A stretch of DNA of 36,272 nt from an uncultured Caldilineaceae bacterium (GTDB taxonomy: Bacteria; Chloroflexota; Anaerolineae; 4572-78; J111), in NCBI GenBank assembly GCA_964638395.1, contig CAZWZZ010000001.1:17450-53721 (forward strand). The letters are read 5' to 3'. Below are positions 1 through 10,200 of the stretch, in pieces; position 1 is the stretch's first letter, and every line of letters starts with the position of its first letter. The notes under the pieces are model-generated. The model saw only the letters and a list, made by a program, of their open reading frames with translations, ran no database searches and was not told the DNA's origin. The position numbers were made by a program, and so were the translations under genes.

Positions 1-665
1 AATTCATCTTTTTCCACGTGGCTAAAGTGGCCGGTCTCAGCTTGCGACAGGCTCTCAAGCCGTACACGCAGGAACCGGCACAGTTCAAAATCAAGCGCCC
101 TCCCCGGCACAGAAACGGCCGGCTCAACCCGCTGTATGAAATGTGGGAGTCGGCGTTGACCCACGCTACCGCCGGGGACGCCCGAAAAGCGCTGAATGGG
201 ACGTTCGATCAGTTCTACAAATTTGCCTTTGTCCGTAATCCGTGGGAGTGGCAGGTGTCGATGTACCATTTTTTGCTGAGAGAGATTGGCAATCCCCGGT
301 ATGAACAGGTGAAAGCGATGTCCGGTTTTGAGGCGTATCTGGAGTGGGTCATCGCTGCCAAAAATCCTTACCCGAAAGGGGCCACCAAGCTCCAAAGCGA
401 GATGCTGACCGATGAGGCGGGCCGGATTCTGGTGGATTTCGTGGGCCGGTATGAAAATCTGACCGTTGATTTTGCGTATGTCTGCCGGGTCTTGAATATC
501 AAAGCGTCGTTGCCCCATCTCAACCAGACGAAGCATCGGGATTATCGCACTTATTACAATGCCCGCACCCGGCGCTTGGTAGCCGATTATTTCCGGGCCG
601 ACATCGAGTTGTTTGGATACAGATTTGAGGGCCTGGCCACCGGAGCAAACTATCATGTTAATTGA
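1..665 (+). CDS. Sulfotransferase (family-2-like), 5' end cut by the window edge
   Basis: Frame is open from nt 3: FIFFHVAKVAGLSL resembles the PAPS 5'-phosphosulfate-binding loop (FxHxPKxxGxS). RNPWEWQVSMYHF resembles the 3'-phosphate-binding RxPxxRxxS region. The GTG at 18 in the ORF track is probably internal. Confidence 0.6.
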   Translation, partial: FIFFHVAKVAGLSLRQALKPYTQEPAQFKIKRPPRHRNGRLNPLYEMWESALTHATAGDARKALNGTFDQFYKFAFVRNPWEWQVSMYHFLLREIGNPRYEQVKAMSGFEAYLEWVIAAKNPYPKGATKLQSEMLTDEAGRILVDFVGRYENLTVDFAYVCRVLNIKASLPHLNQTKHRDYRTYYNARTRRLVADYFRADIELFGYRFEGLATGANYHVN

Positions 666-2808
666 GTTGACTATCACCGGCGCCCTGGCTTATGCCGGTC
701 TAAAATCGTATCTCAATCATCAACGTAAACCAAAATTGGTACAGATCATCCAGCCACCCTCCAAACAAAAAGGGTGGATCGAGAAAACAGAACAGACATT
801 GGCCGGATTACTCCCGTTTCAAAATAAGCAGCGGCAACAGTTGCAGGTGATTTCTGAAGCCCCCCTCGAGGTCAGTGAGGCGGAACAGGTCATTAACCGG
901 GATCTGAAACTTTCGCTGGTCACGTTAGGTTTGACGACAGCCGGTTTCCTCTTCAACCCTTTGTTGACCTGGATCAGTGTCCCCGGCTTGATCTATCTCC
1001 AAATACCGTTCCTCAAAACCGGCTACCGCGAACTGATCCGGGAAAAACGGGTCGGGCAGGGCGTGCTTGATAGCACCATCACGGTTGTGTTGTTATGGTT
1101 ACGTTATTTTTGGCTAACAGCCTCATTTTTGACCTTGATGAACTTGAGCTTGAAGTTGATTTTGAAAACTCAAGACAAGTCACGCCAAAAATTGGTCAAC
1201 ATTTTGGGGGATATGCCTCAATTTGTATGGGTGCTGCGGGGTGAGGTCGAGGTTCAAATCCCGCTGGAAAAATTAACCGTTGGCGACGTGGTCGTGATTA
1301 ATCCGGGTGAAATGATCCCCATAGATGGGCGGGTGGCCGCGGGGGCCGGCAGCGTCAACCAACACCGCCTGACCGGGGAAGCCGGCCTGGTGGAAAAGGA
1401 GGTGGGCGACAGCGTCTTGGCCACAACGATTTTGTTGTCGGGCCGACTGTTCATCCGGGTCGAAAAGGCCGGTAGTGAAACCGTCGCGGCTCAAATCGGA
1501 CAGATTTTGAATCAAACCGCCGATTATAAAAGTACGCTGCAAACCCGGGGAGAAATGATTGCCGATAAGGGCGCGTTACCCACGCTGGCCCTGAGCGCCG
1601 TCACATTGCCCATACTGGGACCGGTGGGGGCGGCCACCATTTTACTGTCCTCATTTGGTTATAACATGCGTATCTTTGCGCCCATTAGCGTCCTCAACTT
1701 CCTACAGATAGCGGCTGACCATAGCATTTTGGTGAAGGATGGTCGGGCTTTGGAAACATTGCGGGCAGTCGATACCATCGTGTTCGACAAAACCGGAACC
1801 TTGACCGAAGAGCAGCCTTATGTGGCTGCTGTTCACGCCTGTAGCGCCTACAATGAAAAAATAATTTTACAATATGCCGCTTCCGCCGAATACCGGCAAA
1901 CCCACCCGATTGCTTTGGCTATTTTAGACAAAGCTGCCCGCGACCATCTTGATTTATTCCCCGTCACCGAGGCTAATTACGACGTGGGCTACGGCTTGAA
2001 AGTCAACGTTGCCGGTAAATTAGTCTGCCTCGGCAGCAAGCGCTTTCTGCAACGGGAAAATATGACGATTCCCGATAGCCTGCTCACTCGTCAAATGTAT
2101 TGTGATGAATGTGGGCATACCCTGGTCTATGTGGCGCTGGATCGTGTGGTCATTGGGGCGCTGGAACTGCATCCCACCATTCGCCCGGAGGTCAGGCAGG
2201 TGGTGCGTGAGTTGCAACGGCAGGGTCTAAACGTCTACATCATCTCCGGCGATCATGAAAAGCCCACCCAACATCTGGCCCACAAGTTGGGTATCTCCCA
2301 CTATTTTGCCGAGGTATTGCCGGACGATAAAGCCCGGCTGGTCAGAGAATTACAGGAGGTAGGCCGGACGGTTTGTTTTGTGGGCGATGGCATCAATGAC
2401 GCCATTGCCCTCAAACAGGCCAATGTTTCTGTCTCCTTGCGGGGTGCCGCCTCGGTGGCCATTGATACGGCTCAAGTGATTTTGATGAGCCAAAACTTGA
2501 GCCATTTGTTGACTCTCCTAAAGCTGGCCCAAAAACTGGATAAAAATATGACCACCAATTTATGGTTGACCCTTATCCCCGGCGTCGTATGTGTCGGCGG
2601 AGTCTACCTGGTGCATCTGGGCGTAGCCGCGGCGCAGATGTTATTTTATGGGGGGCTGGGAGCCGGCGTCGCCAATGGGATGATGCCCTTATTAGAACAT
2701 AAGTGGACAGGGGATCAGGATACGATCAATAATAAGCTGCTCTCAGGGATTTATGATGAAAAATATAGGGACAAGCGCATCTTGAACAACAACACTACAT
2801 CGGATTAG
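655..2808 (+). CDS. Divergent P1B-like P-type ATPase, paralogue 1 (intact, 717 aa from ATG 655)
   Basis: LTGEAGLVEK (TGE), DKTGTLT phosphorylation site, AEYRQTHPIA (P1B-type HP motif), ISGDHE, VLPDDK, GDGINDAIAL hinge. No CxxC/His-rich N-terminus. The segment aligned to the TM CPx motif reads SSFGYNMRIFAP. ATG 655 (MLIELTITGALAYAGLKSY) matches the paralogue N-termini and overlaps the upstream stop by 11 nt; the track start at 613 is less likely. Confidence 0.85.
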   Translation: MLIELTITGALAYAGLKSYLNHQRKPKLVQIIQPPSKQKGWIEKTEQTLAGLLPFQNKQRQQLQVISEAPLEVSEAEQVINRDLKLSLVTLGLTTAGFLFNPLLTWISVPGLIYLQIPFLKTGYRELIREKRVGQGVLDSTITVVLLWLRYFWLTASFLTLMNLSLKLILKTQDKSRQKLVNILGDMPQFVWVLRGEVEVQIPLEKLTVGDVVVINPGEMIPIDGRVAAGAGSVNQHRLTGEAGLVEKEVGDSVLATTILLSGRLFIRVEKAGSETVAAQIGQILNQTADYKSTLQTRGEMIADKGALPTLALSAVTLPILGPVGAATILLSSFGYNMRIFAPISVLNFLQIAADHSILVKDGRALETLRAVDTIVFDKTGTLTEEQPYVAAVHACSAYNEKIILQYAASAEYRQTHPIALAILDKAARDHLDLFPVTEANYDVGYGLKVNVAGKLVCLGSKRFLQRENMTIPDSLLTRQMYCDECGHTLVYVALDRVVIGALELHPTIRPEVRQVVRELQRQGLNVYIISGDHEKPTQHLAHKLGISHYFAEVLPDDKARLVRELQEVGRTVCFVGDGINDAIALKQANVSVSLRGAASVAIDTAQVILMSQNLSHLLTLLKLAQKLDKNMTTNLWLTLIPGVVCVGGVYLVHLGVAAAQMLFYGGLGAGVANGMMPLLEHKWTGDQDTINNKLLSGIYDEKYRDKRILNNNTTSD

Positions 2809-2884
2809 GAAAGGAGCGGATAGAAAAGAGAGAAAATCCGCTGTTTTCTAAATCCGTTGTAGTGCTTACGAAGGAGATGTTTTT

Positions 2885-4258
2885 ATGTGTTCAATTTCAG
2901 GTTTTATCATAACTAATCCCAGAGCAGACCGGCGGCAAATTGCTACGGTCTATCAAACGATTTTGGCCCGAGGCGCGGAACGGGGCAAAGATAGCGCCGG
3001 TATTTTGACCTTGAACGGGCAAGGTCGGGTCAAGCGGCACGTTGAAATCACGCCTCAGCGGTATGATTTTGTGCAATCGGTGGTCGCGGATGACTGTCAG
3101 GTCTTAATTGCCAACAATCGGGCCGAACCAACGACTGAGTTTGTCCGGCATAAAACAGACGCCGACGCTCAACCCTTTGGCAACGGGGTCGTCTTTATCA
3201 GCCACAATGGCACCATTGCCAACGACCACGATTTACGCCAACAATTCGACATTCAAGTTGAGACCTGCATCGACTCGGCCGTTTGCCCCGAAGTGATCTA
3301 TCAATTGGGCGTCCGGGATGGCCTGGATGCGCTCAAAGGTTCATTTGCCCTGGCCATTGTCGATAAACGCCACCCGCAAAAACTATGGTTGGCCCGCAAC
3401 TACAAACCTTTATTTCTACAAGCCCGGCCTGAACTGGGCGCGATCTTCTTTGCCTCCCAAGCCGACCATCTTAGCGCGTCGAACGGCCTCCTCAGCCAAC
3501 TCCGGCAGCCGGCGGTGGTCTCTATGCCGCCTTATACTCTGTTGGAGCTGGACGGTCAAACCGGCCACATCAAAGAAGAAGCCATTGTCCCCCGGATTCG
3601 CAACAAAAAAGCCCTGATTATTTGCAGCGGTGGGTTGGACAGCACCACCTCAGCCAAATGGGCCCAACTGGAAGGGTATGAGATCACCCTGTTGCATTTC
3701 CGGTATGGCTGTCGGGCCGAAACACGGGAAATGGACGCCATCCGTAACATTGCCGAGGCGCTGGGTTGCGAGTATCGCTTTGAAAGTTTGGATTGGCTCA
3801 AGCAGTTGGGCGGCTCATCATTAACCGACACTTCCAAGGAAATCACCCGTAATGAAGCCGGGGCCGAATTTGCCCATGAGTGGGTGCCGGCTCGTAATTT
3901 GATTATGACCTCCCTGGCGGCCGGCTTGTGTGACCGGTATGGGTATGACACCCTGATTTTAGGCTTAAACCTGGAAGAGGGGGGCGCTTTCCCTGATAAC
4001 ACGGTTGAGTTTTATCGCACGTTAGATCACGTGTTGGATATTGGCACAACGAGCCGCCCCCGCTTGCTCAGTCCCCTGGCCAATATGGTGAAACATGAGA
4101 TTGTTTCTCTGGCTGTAGAAATAGAAGCCCCTATTCACCTGTCGTGGTCCTGTTATCATGGCCGGCACTATCATTGTGGGCAATGTGGGCCGTGCTATAT
4201 GCGCCGGACCGCGTTTAAAATCATCAACCAGCCTGATCTTATTACGTATGAAAATTGA
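2885..4258 (+). CDS. gat-queC: Gat-QueC: class-II (Ntn) glutamine amidotransferase fused to a QueC-like PP-loop ATPase
   Basis: N-terminus MCSISG (catalytic Cys2) with AQPF...HNGTIANDHDL typical of class-II GATases. C-terminal half has the PP-loop ALIICSGGLDSTT and the QueC Zn cluster SCYHGRHYHCGQCGPCYMR. AAGGAG Shine-Dalgarno motif 7 nt upstream of the ATG. Confidence 0.85.
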   Translation: MCSISGFIITNPRADRRQIATVYQTILARGAERGKDSAGILTLNGQGRVKRHVEITPQRYDFVQSVVADDCQVLIANNRAEPTTEFVRHKTDADAQPFGNGVVFISHNGTIANDHDLRQQFDIQVETCIDSAVCPEVIYQLGVRDGLDALKGSFALAIVDKRHPQKLWLARNYKPLFLQARPELGAIFFASQADHLSASNGLLSQLRQPAVVSMPPYTLLELDGQTGHIKEEAIVPRIRNKKALIICSGGLDSTTSAKWAQLEGYEITLLHFRYGCRAETREMDAIRNIAEALGCEYRFESLDWLKQLGGSSLTDTSKEITRNEAGAEFAHEWVPARNLIMTSLAAGLCDRYGYDTLILGLNLEEGGAFPDNTVEFYRTLDHVLDIGTTSRPRLLSPLANMVKHEIVSLAVEIEAPIHLSWSCYHGRHYHCGQCGPCYMRRTAFKIINQPDLITYEN

Positions 4259-4269
4259 GGAGGCGTCGA

Positions 4270-4698
4270 ATGTATACGATTATCACCAAAATCAGTTATG
4301 AATATGCCCATCGTCTCATTCATCATCAAGGTAAATGTCGCCATGTGCATGGTCACAGCGGTGAGGCCACTATCGAACTGGCGGCCGAGTCGCTGAATGA
4401 CAACGGTTTTGTGATGGATTTCGGCGAGGTTAAAAGCCCCTTGAAAACGTGGCTCAATGAACATTGGGATCACGCCTACCTGGCCAATGAGCAGGACCCG
4501 TTGTTGCCGACTTTGCAGGCGCAGGGCATGAAAACCTTCATCTTTCCGGCTGAACCATCGGCGGAAGTGATGGCCAAATGTCTATTCGAGCAGGTCTCGA
4601 ATCTGGAGTTGCGGGCCGGAGTCAAGGTGGTGCGGGTGACGGTCCAAGAGACTTGTACCGGCTTGGCCGTGTACGAGCCAACAGGAGGTAGAAGTTAA
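4270..4698 (+). CDS. queD: 6-carboxy-5,6,7,8-tetrahydropterin synthase
   Basis: KCRHVHGHSGE matches the CxxxHGH motif of QueD/PTPS T-fold enzymes, and the ~140-aa size fits. GAGGAGG SD precedes ATG 4270; the track start at 4255 overlaps that SD and is unlikely. Confidence 0.85.
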   Translation: MYTIITKISYEYAHRLIHHQGKCRHVHGHSGEATIELAAESLNDNGFVMDFGEVKSPLKTWLNEHWDHAYLANEQDPLLPTLQAQGMKTFIFPAEPSAEVMAKCLFEQVSNLELRAGVKVVRVTVQETCTGLAVYEPTGGRS

Positions 4699-4701
4699 CC
4701 T

Positions 4702-5382
4702 ATGAAATATAGCGAAATCTTCTATACCCTACAAGGCGAAGGTAAATTGGTGGGCGTTCCGTCGGTCTTTTTTCGGACCAGCTATTGTAACCTGCGCTGC
4801 TGGTGGTGTGATACGCCTTATACCAGTTGGCAGCCCGAAAACAGGGACATCAGTGTGACCGACGCCTTTGCGGCGATTACCGAGTACCGGATCAAACATG
4901 TGGTCATTACCGGCGGGGAGCCGTTTATTCAGCCGGAGGCTTTAACCGAACTGTGTGACAAATTGGCCGACTATGGCTGCCACATAACCATCGAAACCAA
5001 TGCCACCATCTTTGCGCCGGTCAACGCGGATTTGATTTCGATGAGTCCCAAATTGGCCAACTCGACGCCTGAAAATGACCGGACTTGGACGGAACGGCAT
5101 GACCGGGAGCGCATTAAGGGAGATGTGATTTGTCAATTTTTGGATAGGTATGATTGTCAGGTCAAATTTGTGGTGGATAAGCCGGAGGATTTAGAAGAGA
5201 TCCAACAGTTGGTGAATGAGCTTAAGATCCCGCCTGAAACAGTGGTTTTGATGCCGCAAGGTCTTAAGCCGGAGGTTGTCAACCACAAAGAACAGTGGTT
5301 GGCTGAAATCTGTAAGGAGCAGGGATACCGCTACTCGCCGCGACTACATATCAATATTTGGGGGGATAAACGATGCACATGA
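4702..5382 (+). CDS. queE: 7-carboxy-7-deazaguanine synthase (radical SAM)
   Basis: EIFYTLQGEGKLVGVPSVFFRTSYCNLRCWWCDTPYT is the QueE N-terminal signature with its Cys cluster. Starts 4 nt after the queD stop. Confidence 0.85.
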   Translation: MKYSEIFYTLQGEGKLVGVPSVFFRTSYCNLRCWWCDTPYTSWQPENRDISVTDAFAAITEYRIKHVVITGGEPFIQPEALTELCDKLADYGCHITIETNATIFAPVNADLISMSPKLANSTPENDRTWTERHDRERIKGDVICQFLDRYDCQVKFVVDKPEDLEEIQQLVNELKIPPETVVLMPQGLKPEVVNHKEQWLAEICKEQGYRYSPRLHINIWGDKRCT

Positions 5383-5939
5383 AACCAAAACAATTTGATG
5401 GCGCCCTCATCGAGGAAGGCGTTAGCCTCATCTTAAAGGGCCTGGGCGAAGATTTGAACCGGGAAGGGTTACTCGACACCCCTAAACGGGTGGCCAAGAT
5501 GTATCGAGAAATATTTTGTGATAGTTCATTCAACGGTACGCAATTTTGCAATAGTGAGCAATACAACCAGATCGTTATGGTCCGCGATATTCCCTTTTAT
5601 TCGTTATGTGAACATCACATGTTGCCGTTTTTTGGCACAGCCACAGTTGGCTACATTCCCCAAAAAACGTACCTGGGGCTATCAAAATTAGCCCGGGTGG
5701 TTGATCTTTACAGCCGTCAACTGCAAGTACAGGAGCGCATGACGATGCAGATCGCCGATTGGTTGTGGGAACAGACGAACCCGGCCGGCGTTGGGGTTAT
5801 GGTCAAAGCCAGACATTTATGCATGGAGATGCGCGGCATTCAAAAGATTGGGAGTGAAACAGTCACTACCGCCACGTTGGGGGTATTTCGGACAGACAAG
5901 GAAATCGAAGATAGGTTTATGCGTTTCATAGGCGTATAG
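5373..5939 (+). CDS. folE: GTP cyclohydrolase I
   Basis: LLDTPKRVAKMY, SLCEHHMLPFFG, RQLQVQERMT and ARHLCMEMRG are classical FolE motifs. Overlaps the queE stop by 10 nt. Confidence 0.9.
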   Translation: MHMKPKQFDGALIEEGVSLILKGLGEDLNREGLLDTPKRVAKMYREIFCDSSFNGTQFCNSEQYNQIVMVRDIPFYSLCEHHMLPFFGTATVGYIPQKTYLGLSKLARVVDLYSRQLQVQERMTMQIADWLWEQTNPAGVGVMVKARHLCMEMRGIQKIGSETVTTATLGVFRTDKEIEDRFMRFIGV

Positions 5940-5953
5940 GTGAATGTTTCAAA

Positions 5954-7165
5954 ATGTTTCAACTCGAAATACAACCGCCCGCCGAAATGAATAGCTGGCT
6001 CGACTCTATCAGGGCCGACCTGGGCCACTGTGACCCCCTTGAGACCTTCCGTCGCCGCTGGCAGACGGCCCACGAGCGGTTTGGGCGAGACCCGGTCGGC
6101 GAGTTGGCCTACCGGGATGCCTGGCTCTATTTTCAGGAGAAGGTTCATCCTCTGGTGCGCCGCAAGCTGACGGCGGAGAGCGAAGGGCGTCAGGCCGCCC
6201 GGAAGATCGCGGCCATTTTTGAGCCGGATGCCCCGCCCCAACGGATCAACCGGCAGATGGTGGCTCACATGCGGCAACAGCGTTTAGAGCCAACAAGACC
6301 TGGCAGCTTTTTGAAACCGACCAGGTCGGACCGGCCTGATTTCGACCGGCCTATTTTTATCGTTTCCGCGCCGAGGGCGGGTAGCAGCCTGTTGTTTGAA
6401 ACGCTGGCCCGCTTTGCCGAGGTGTGGACGATTGGGCAGGAAAGCCACGACATCGAGGCCGACCTGCCGGCCCTCCATCCGGCCACCCACGCCTACGCCT
6501 CCAACCGCTTGACCGCCGCCGAGGCCACACCGGCGGTCAGGCAAGCGATGGGGGATTGGTTTGGCCGCCGCTTGCAGGATAGAGAGGGCCGGTTGTATCA
6601 GGCGCTCCCGGCGGAAAAACGGCCGGCGGCGGTTCGCTTTCTGGAAAAGACGCCCAAGAACGCCCTGCGGATCCCCTTCCTGAAAGCCATTTTCCCCGAT
6701 GCTCGCTTCATCTACTTATACCGGGAACCGCGCCAGAACATCAGCAGCATGTTGGAAGGCTGGCGATCCCGCCGCTTTGTGGCCTATCGAGGCCTCCCCG
6801 GCTGGCCCTACAAAGAGTGGAGTTTTCTATTGGTACCGGGCTGGGAGCAGTGGTTCGATAAACCGCTGGTGGAGATTGCGGCCTATCAATGGCAAATTAC
6901 CAACGAGACGATCCGGGCCGATTTGCAACCATTGCCGACGGATTGCTGGCATCGGGTCGATTATGAGGCGTTAATCAACCGCCCCGCCGAAACCATCAAA
7001 CGGATCAGTGATTTTGCAGCGTTTAGCTGGACGGCTGAGATCGCAGAGCGGCTGGCCCGGCCGTTGCCGGTGTCACACATGGCCGTCTCGCCTCCCGCGG
7101 CGGATAAGTGGCGGAAGTATGAGGCGGAGATCAAGTCCGTTCTGCCCGTGATAAACGTCCAATAG
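5954..7165 (+). CDS. Sulfotransferase (P-loop PAPS-binding type) with a ~130-aa N-terminal extension
   Basis: IFIVSAPRAGSSLLFETL (5'-PSB loop, PRxGS[ST]) and RFLEKTPKNALRIPFL are typical of bacterial Sulfotransfer_3-like enzymes. The first ~130 aa have no motif I recognise. Confidence 0.7.
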   Translation: MFQLEIQPPAEMNSWLDSIRADLGHCDPLETFRRRWQTAHERFGRDPVGELAYRDAWLYFQEKVHPLVRRKLTAESEGRQAARKIAAIFEPDAPPQRINRQMVAHMRQQRLEPTRPGSFLKPTRSDRPDFDRPIFIVSAPRAGSSLLFETLARFAEVWTIGQESHDIEADLPALHPATHAYASNRLTAAEATPAVRQAMGDWFGRRLQDREGRLYQALPAEKRPAAVRFLEKTPKNALRIPFLKAIFPDARFIYLYREPRQNISSMLEGWRSRRFVAYRGLPGWPYKEWSFLLVPGWEQWFDKPLVEIAAYQWQITNETIRADLQPLPTDCWHRVDYEALINRPAETIKRISDFAAFSWTAEIAERLARPLPVSHMAVSPPAADKWRKYEAEIKSVLPVINVQ

Positions 7166-7228
7166 GTAGCAAGGAGATCATAAAAATTATGGTAGCCATT
7201 GATAATTTTGCAACAACGGAGGTTTTAT

Positions 7229-10200
7229 ATGGACAAAGAATACGCCATAGCCCCAAAGCTTGATATTGACGGGGGCGCTTATGCTGAATTTTATGTGCTA
7301 CGAAAAAATGCCTCTACTATGACACAAGCCACCATTGAATGGTTTCATAATCATGTAGATGTTTGGTTGAGAGAGGTCACGCATGAAAATGAGAGCCACC
7401 TCCCGGCTATATTAAGCGTTGGCAGTGGGGAAGGCGACATAGATATCGAAATCATTAAGGCTATTCAGCCATACTTGGGTTCAAAAAAATTAAAATATGA
7501 TGCCCTTGAGCCTAATTTGCGCCATTATGAACGTTTCTTAGACAGGATAAATAGGATGCCGCTAGACGCATCCCTCAGTTTAGCCATCTATAATGTATAT
7601 TTTGATCAATTCAGCACCAATCAACAGTATGATGTCGTTTTGCTCATTCATGTCCTTTACTATTTTGATGATCCATATCAAGCCATCCGACAGGCTTTAA
7701 GATATACCAAACCAGGCGGACGAGTCGTTATTATTCACCAATCCTCTACGGGTATTCCTGAAATTCAACGTAAACATATGTATAAGCTAAAGAGCAACGT
7801 GGATGAGTTGTTTACCACCGATGATATCAAAAAATCACTTGATAATGGGGGTGAGCAATATCGTTTTTTTAACATTGATGCCCATTTAGAGGTCACGGAA
7901 TGTCTTAAACGGTCTGAAGTTGGGTTAAAAATAATGTCATTTTGTATGGAATGTGATTTGAGCCAAATTGATAAGTTAAGATTGAATCTTTTGGCTCAAT
8001 CTTTCTCTGACCTTGCGGTGAGTCGGGGCAATGGTAAGTCTTTTATTTATGAACCGCTCGGCGCGTTCATCGTTGATAATCCTAAAACAAAAAGATTGCC
8101 CCAGGATAGGGATTGTGTTGAAGATTATCGCCAACTAGCTCAAAAATTTGAATGGTCTAAAACATTTTTGGACAAAAAAAATTCAAATATCAGAGTCCTG
8201 GATGTGGGTTGTGGAACGGGGCGCTGGTTGCAGGCGTTCCTGATGTATGTGACCCCACAACTGCCCAATTTGGAGATACTGTACGATCTGGTAGACCCTT
8301 CCGAACAGGCTATGTCACAAGCTCTCGTTAAGATAGAGCATCCGCTAAAAATTGGTCACCAATATATAGATACTATTCAGCAAGCCAGGCTAGACCAAAG
8401 TCGTTATGATATTATTTGGTCGATGCATGCTTTCTATGCGATTCCCCGCCCTGACCTCCCTCACGTTTTAGGCAAAATATCTAACCACCTTAACGATCAG
8501 GGTCAGGCGTTTATCGCTCAAGCAACTAAAAAATCGTTTTATGTTCGATTTTACGATAAATTTCTTGAGACATTTCATTGCAACGAAGCTGGTTTTACGT
8601 CAGCAGAGGATATTGTGGCAGCCTTGAACATGCTTGGGCTGGAATATCAGGTGTACGCTATTTCTTATGATGAATGTATAGCTGAAGAGGACTTGATCGC
8701 CCTGGAACATTACATCATGAAAGAATCTGCCAGCAACTCTTTCAGATGGGAAGATGTCTCTGCCCAGGAAGCCAACAGAGAAGTCGGTCTACAAGATGTG
8801 CTGAATGATCCGAGTCTGGGGGCATACCTCCGTTCTTTTATAAAAGAGTCGATGTACTGTTTTACCCAAGAAATATGGCTCATATCGTTTGGGAAGAAAG
8901 AAAATGGGGCTAATCATTTTCATAACAATCATAAACAATCGTTTGATTACCTTGATAAAAATAAACAAAACAGTGTAGTTGACCCCTTGTTACCCGATGA
9001 GACGGAAATGCGTCAACTCGTTGACACAGCAATGAAATTTATCGTGCAGTGTCAGCTAGATACTGCTAAGTTTCCCCTCAATGGCTCTGGGTTTAAGTGG
9101 GTCCACACCGATGACTTCAATCGTGAGTATGAAGATATGCTTACGTTAGCCAAAACAGTTGAAGCGCCTCTACCTGAAGATGGCGAGCCTCATTTTGAAA
9201 AAATCTTGCACGATCTATTCTTTCGACTGACTCCCTACAGCACCAATGATAACAGCGGTGGATATCTGGCCTATGTGCCTGGTGGGGGGCTTTTTCATGC
9301 CGCTCTAGCCGACTTTATCTCCCTATCGCTCAACCGCTATGTGACAATGTTCATGGCCGCGCCGGGCTTGGCGGCCATTGAAGAGCAAGTTATCCGTTGG
9401 CTATGTGATATTGTGGGTTTTTCCAATGAGGCAGGGGGTGTCATTACCTCAGGCGGTTCTACAGCCACTTTTGTGGCTATCCATACCGCTCGGACTGACA
9501 AGCTATCCAACAAAGAATTGTTAAACGGGGTCGCCTATATGAGTGACCAGACTCACCTGTGCGTTGAGCAAGGACTGCATCTTTGTGGGTTTTCCAAACA
9601 GAATATACGTAAAATCCCCGTAGATAGTAACTTCCGTATCCGAACTGATCTCCTGGCACAAACCATTGAGCAAGATAGGGCGGCTGGCCTCCACCCCTTC
9701 TTGTTGGTTGCTAATGCGGGGACGGCCAATACCGGGGCCGTGGATAATTTACTACAAACTGCAAGAATTGCTAGAAACTATAACCTGTGGTTTCACGTTG
9801 ATGCTGCTTATGGTGGATTTTTTCTGTTGACCAAACAAGGGCAGACATTAATGAAGGGCATTGAGCAAGCTGACTCGCTTGTTCTTGATCCCCACAAATC
9901 TTTATTTTTGCCGTATGGCACAGGCGGGTTATTGGTCAACGACAAAACAAAACTGCTAAATGCCTTCACCTTTACCGGAAGTTATTTACCCCCTACTCAA
10001 AAACAGAAAGCAACTGATCCTCTGCTCGATGACATCATGAATCTTTCTCAAGAAGTAAGCAGAGATTTTAGAGGTTTTAGAATATGGTTGCCCTTAAAAA
10101 TGCTTGGCGTGAAGCCCTTCCGTGAGCAACTGGAAGAAAAGTTAAAACTGACTCGCTGGGTGACTGACCAGCTACAACAAATCCCCAATCTTCGGATTGT

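Noticed and set aside
1-6. Window begins with AATTC (half an EcoRI site), and 36 kb is fosmid/cosmid-like in size
   Set aside because: This could indicate a cloned insert end, but a 5-nt match is expected by chance and the 3' end shows no matching site. It carries no biological meaning.
613-654. Track start codons at 613 (ATPase 1), 4255 (queD), 7199 (tri-domain), 18137 (ATPase 4), 23914 (hypothetical) and 31982 (ATPase 6 fragment)
   Set aside because: Downstream in-frame starts at 655, 4270, 7229, 18170, 24007 and 32102 fit the paralogue N-termini and/or have proper SD spacing. They also avoid long overlaps with the upstream genes.
2809-2884. Possible preQ1-type riboswitch upstream of the Gat-QueC gene (hairpin AGCGGA...TCCGCT)
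   Set aside because: The 6-bp stem has a 16-nt purine-rich loop and is followed by a U-rich tail, not the A-rich tail and conserved loop C of preQ1 aptamers. It is more likely a weak terminator or spacer after the ATPase gene.
5943-5962. Tandem 10-bp duplication AATGTTTCAA x2 at the start of the second sulfotransferase
   Set aside because: It is too short to interpret. It merely creates two alternative ATGs, of which only the second (5954) opens the long frame.
5840-6277. Minus-strand and alternative-frame ORFs inside GC-rich genes (also 1254-1542, 3556-4002, 6265-6544, 26182-26943, 27304-27726, 27997-28596, 32321-32862)
   Set aside because: All are nested in longer motif-supported plus-strand genes. 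They show Arg/Pro/Gly-rich composition typical of off-frame GC-rich DNA and lack SD sequences.
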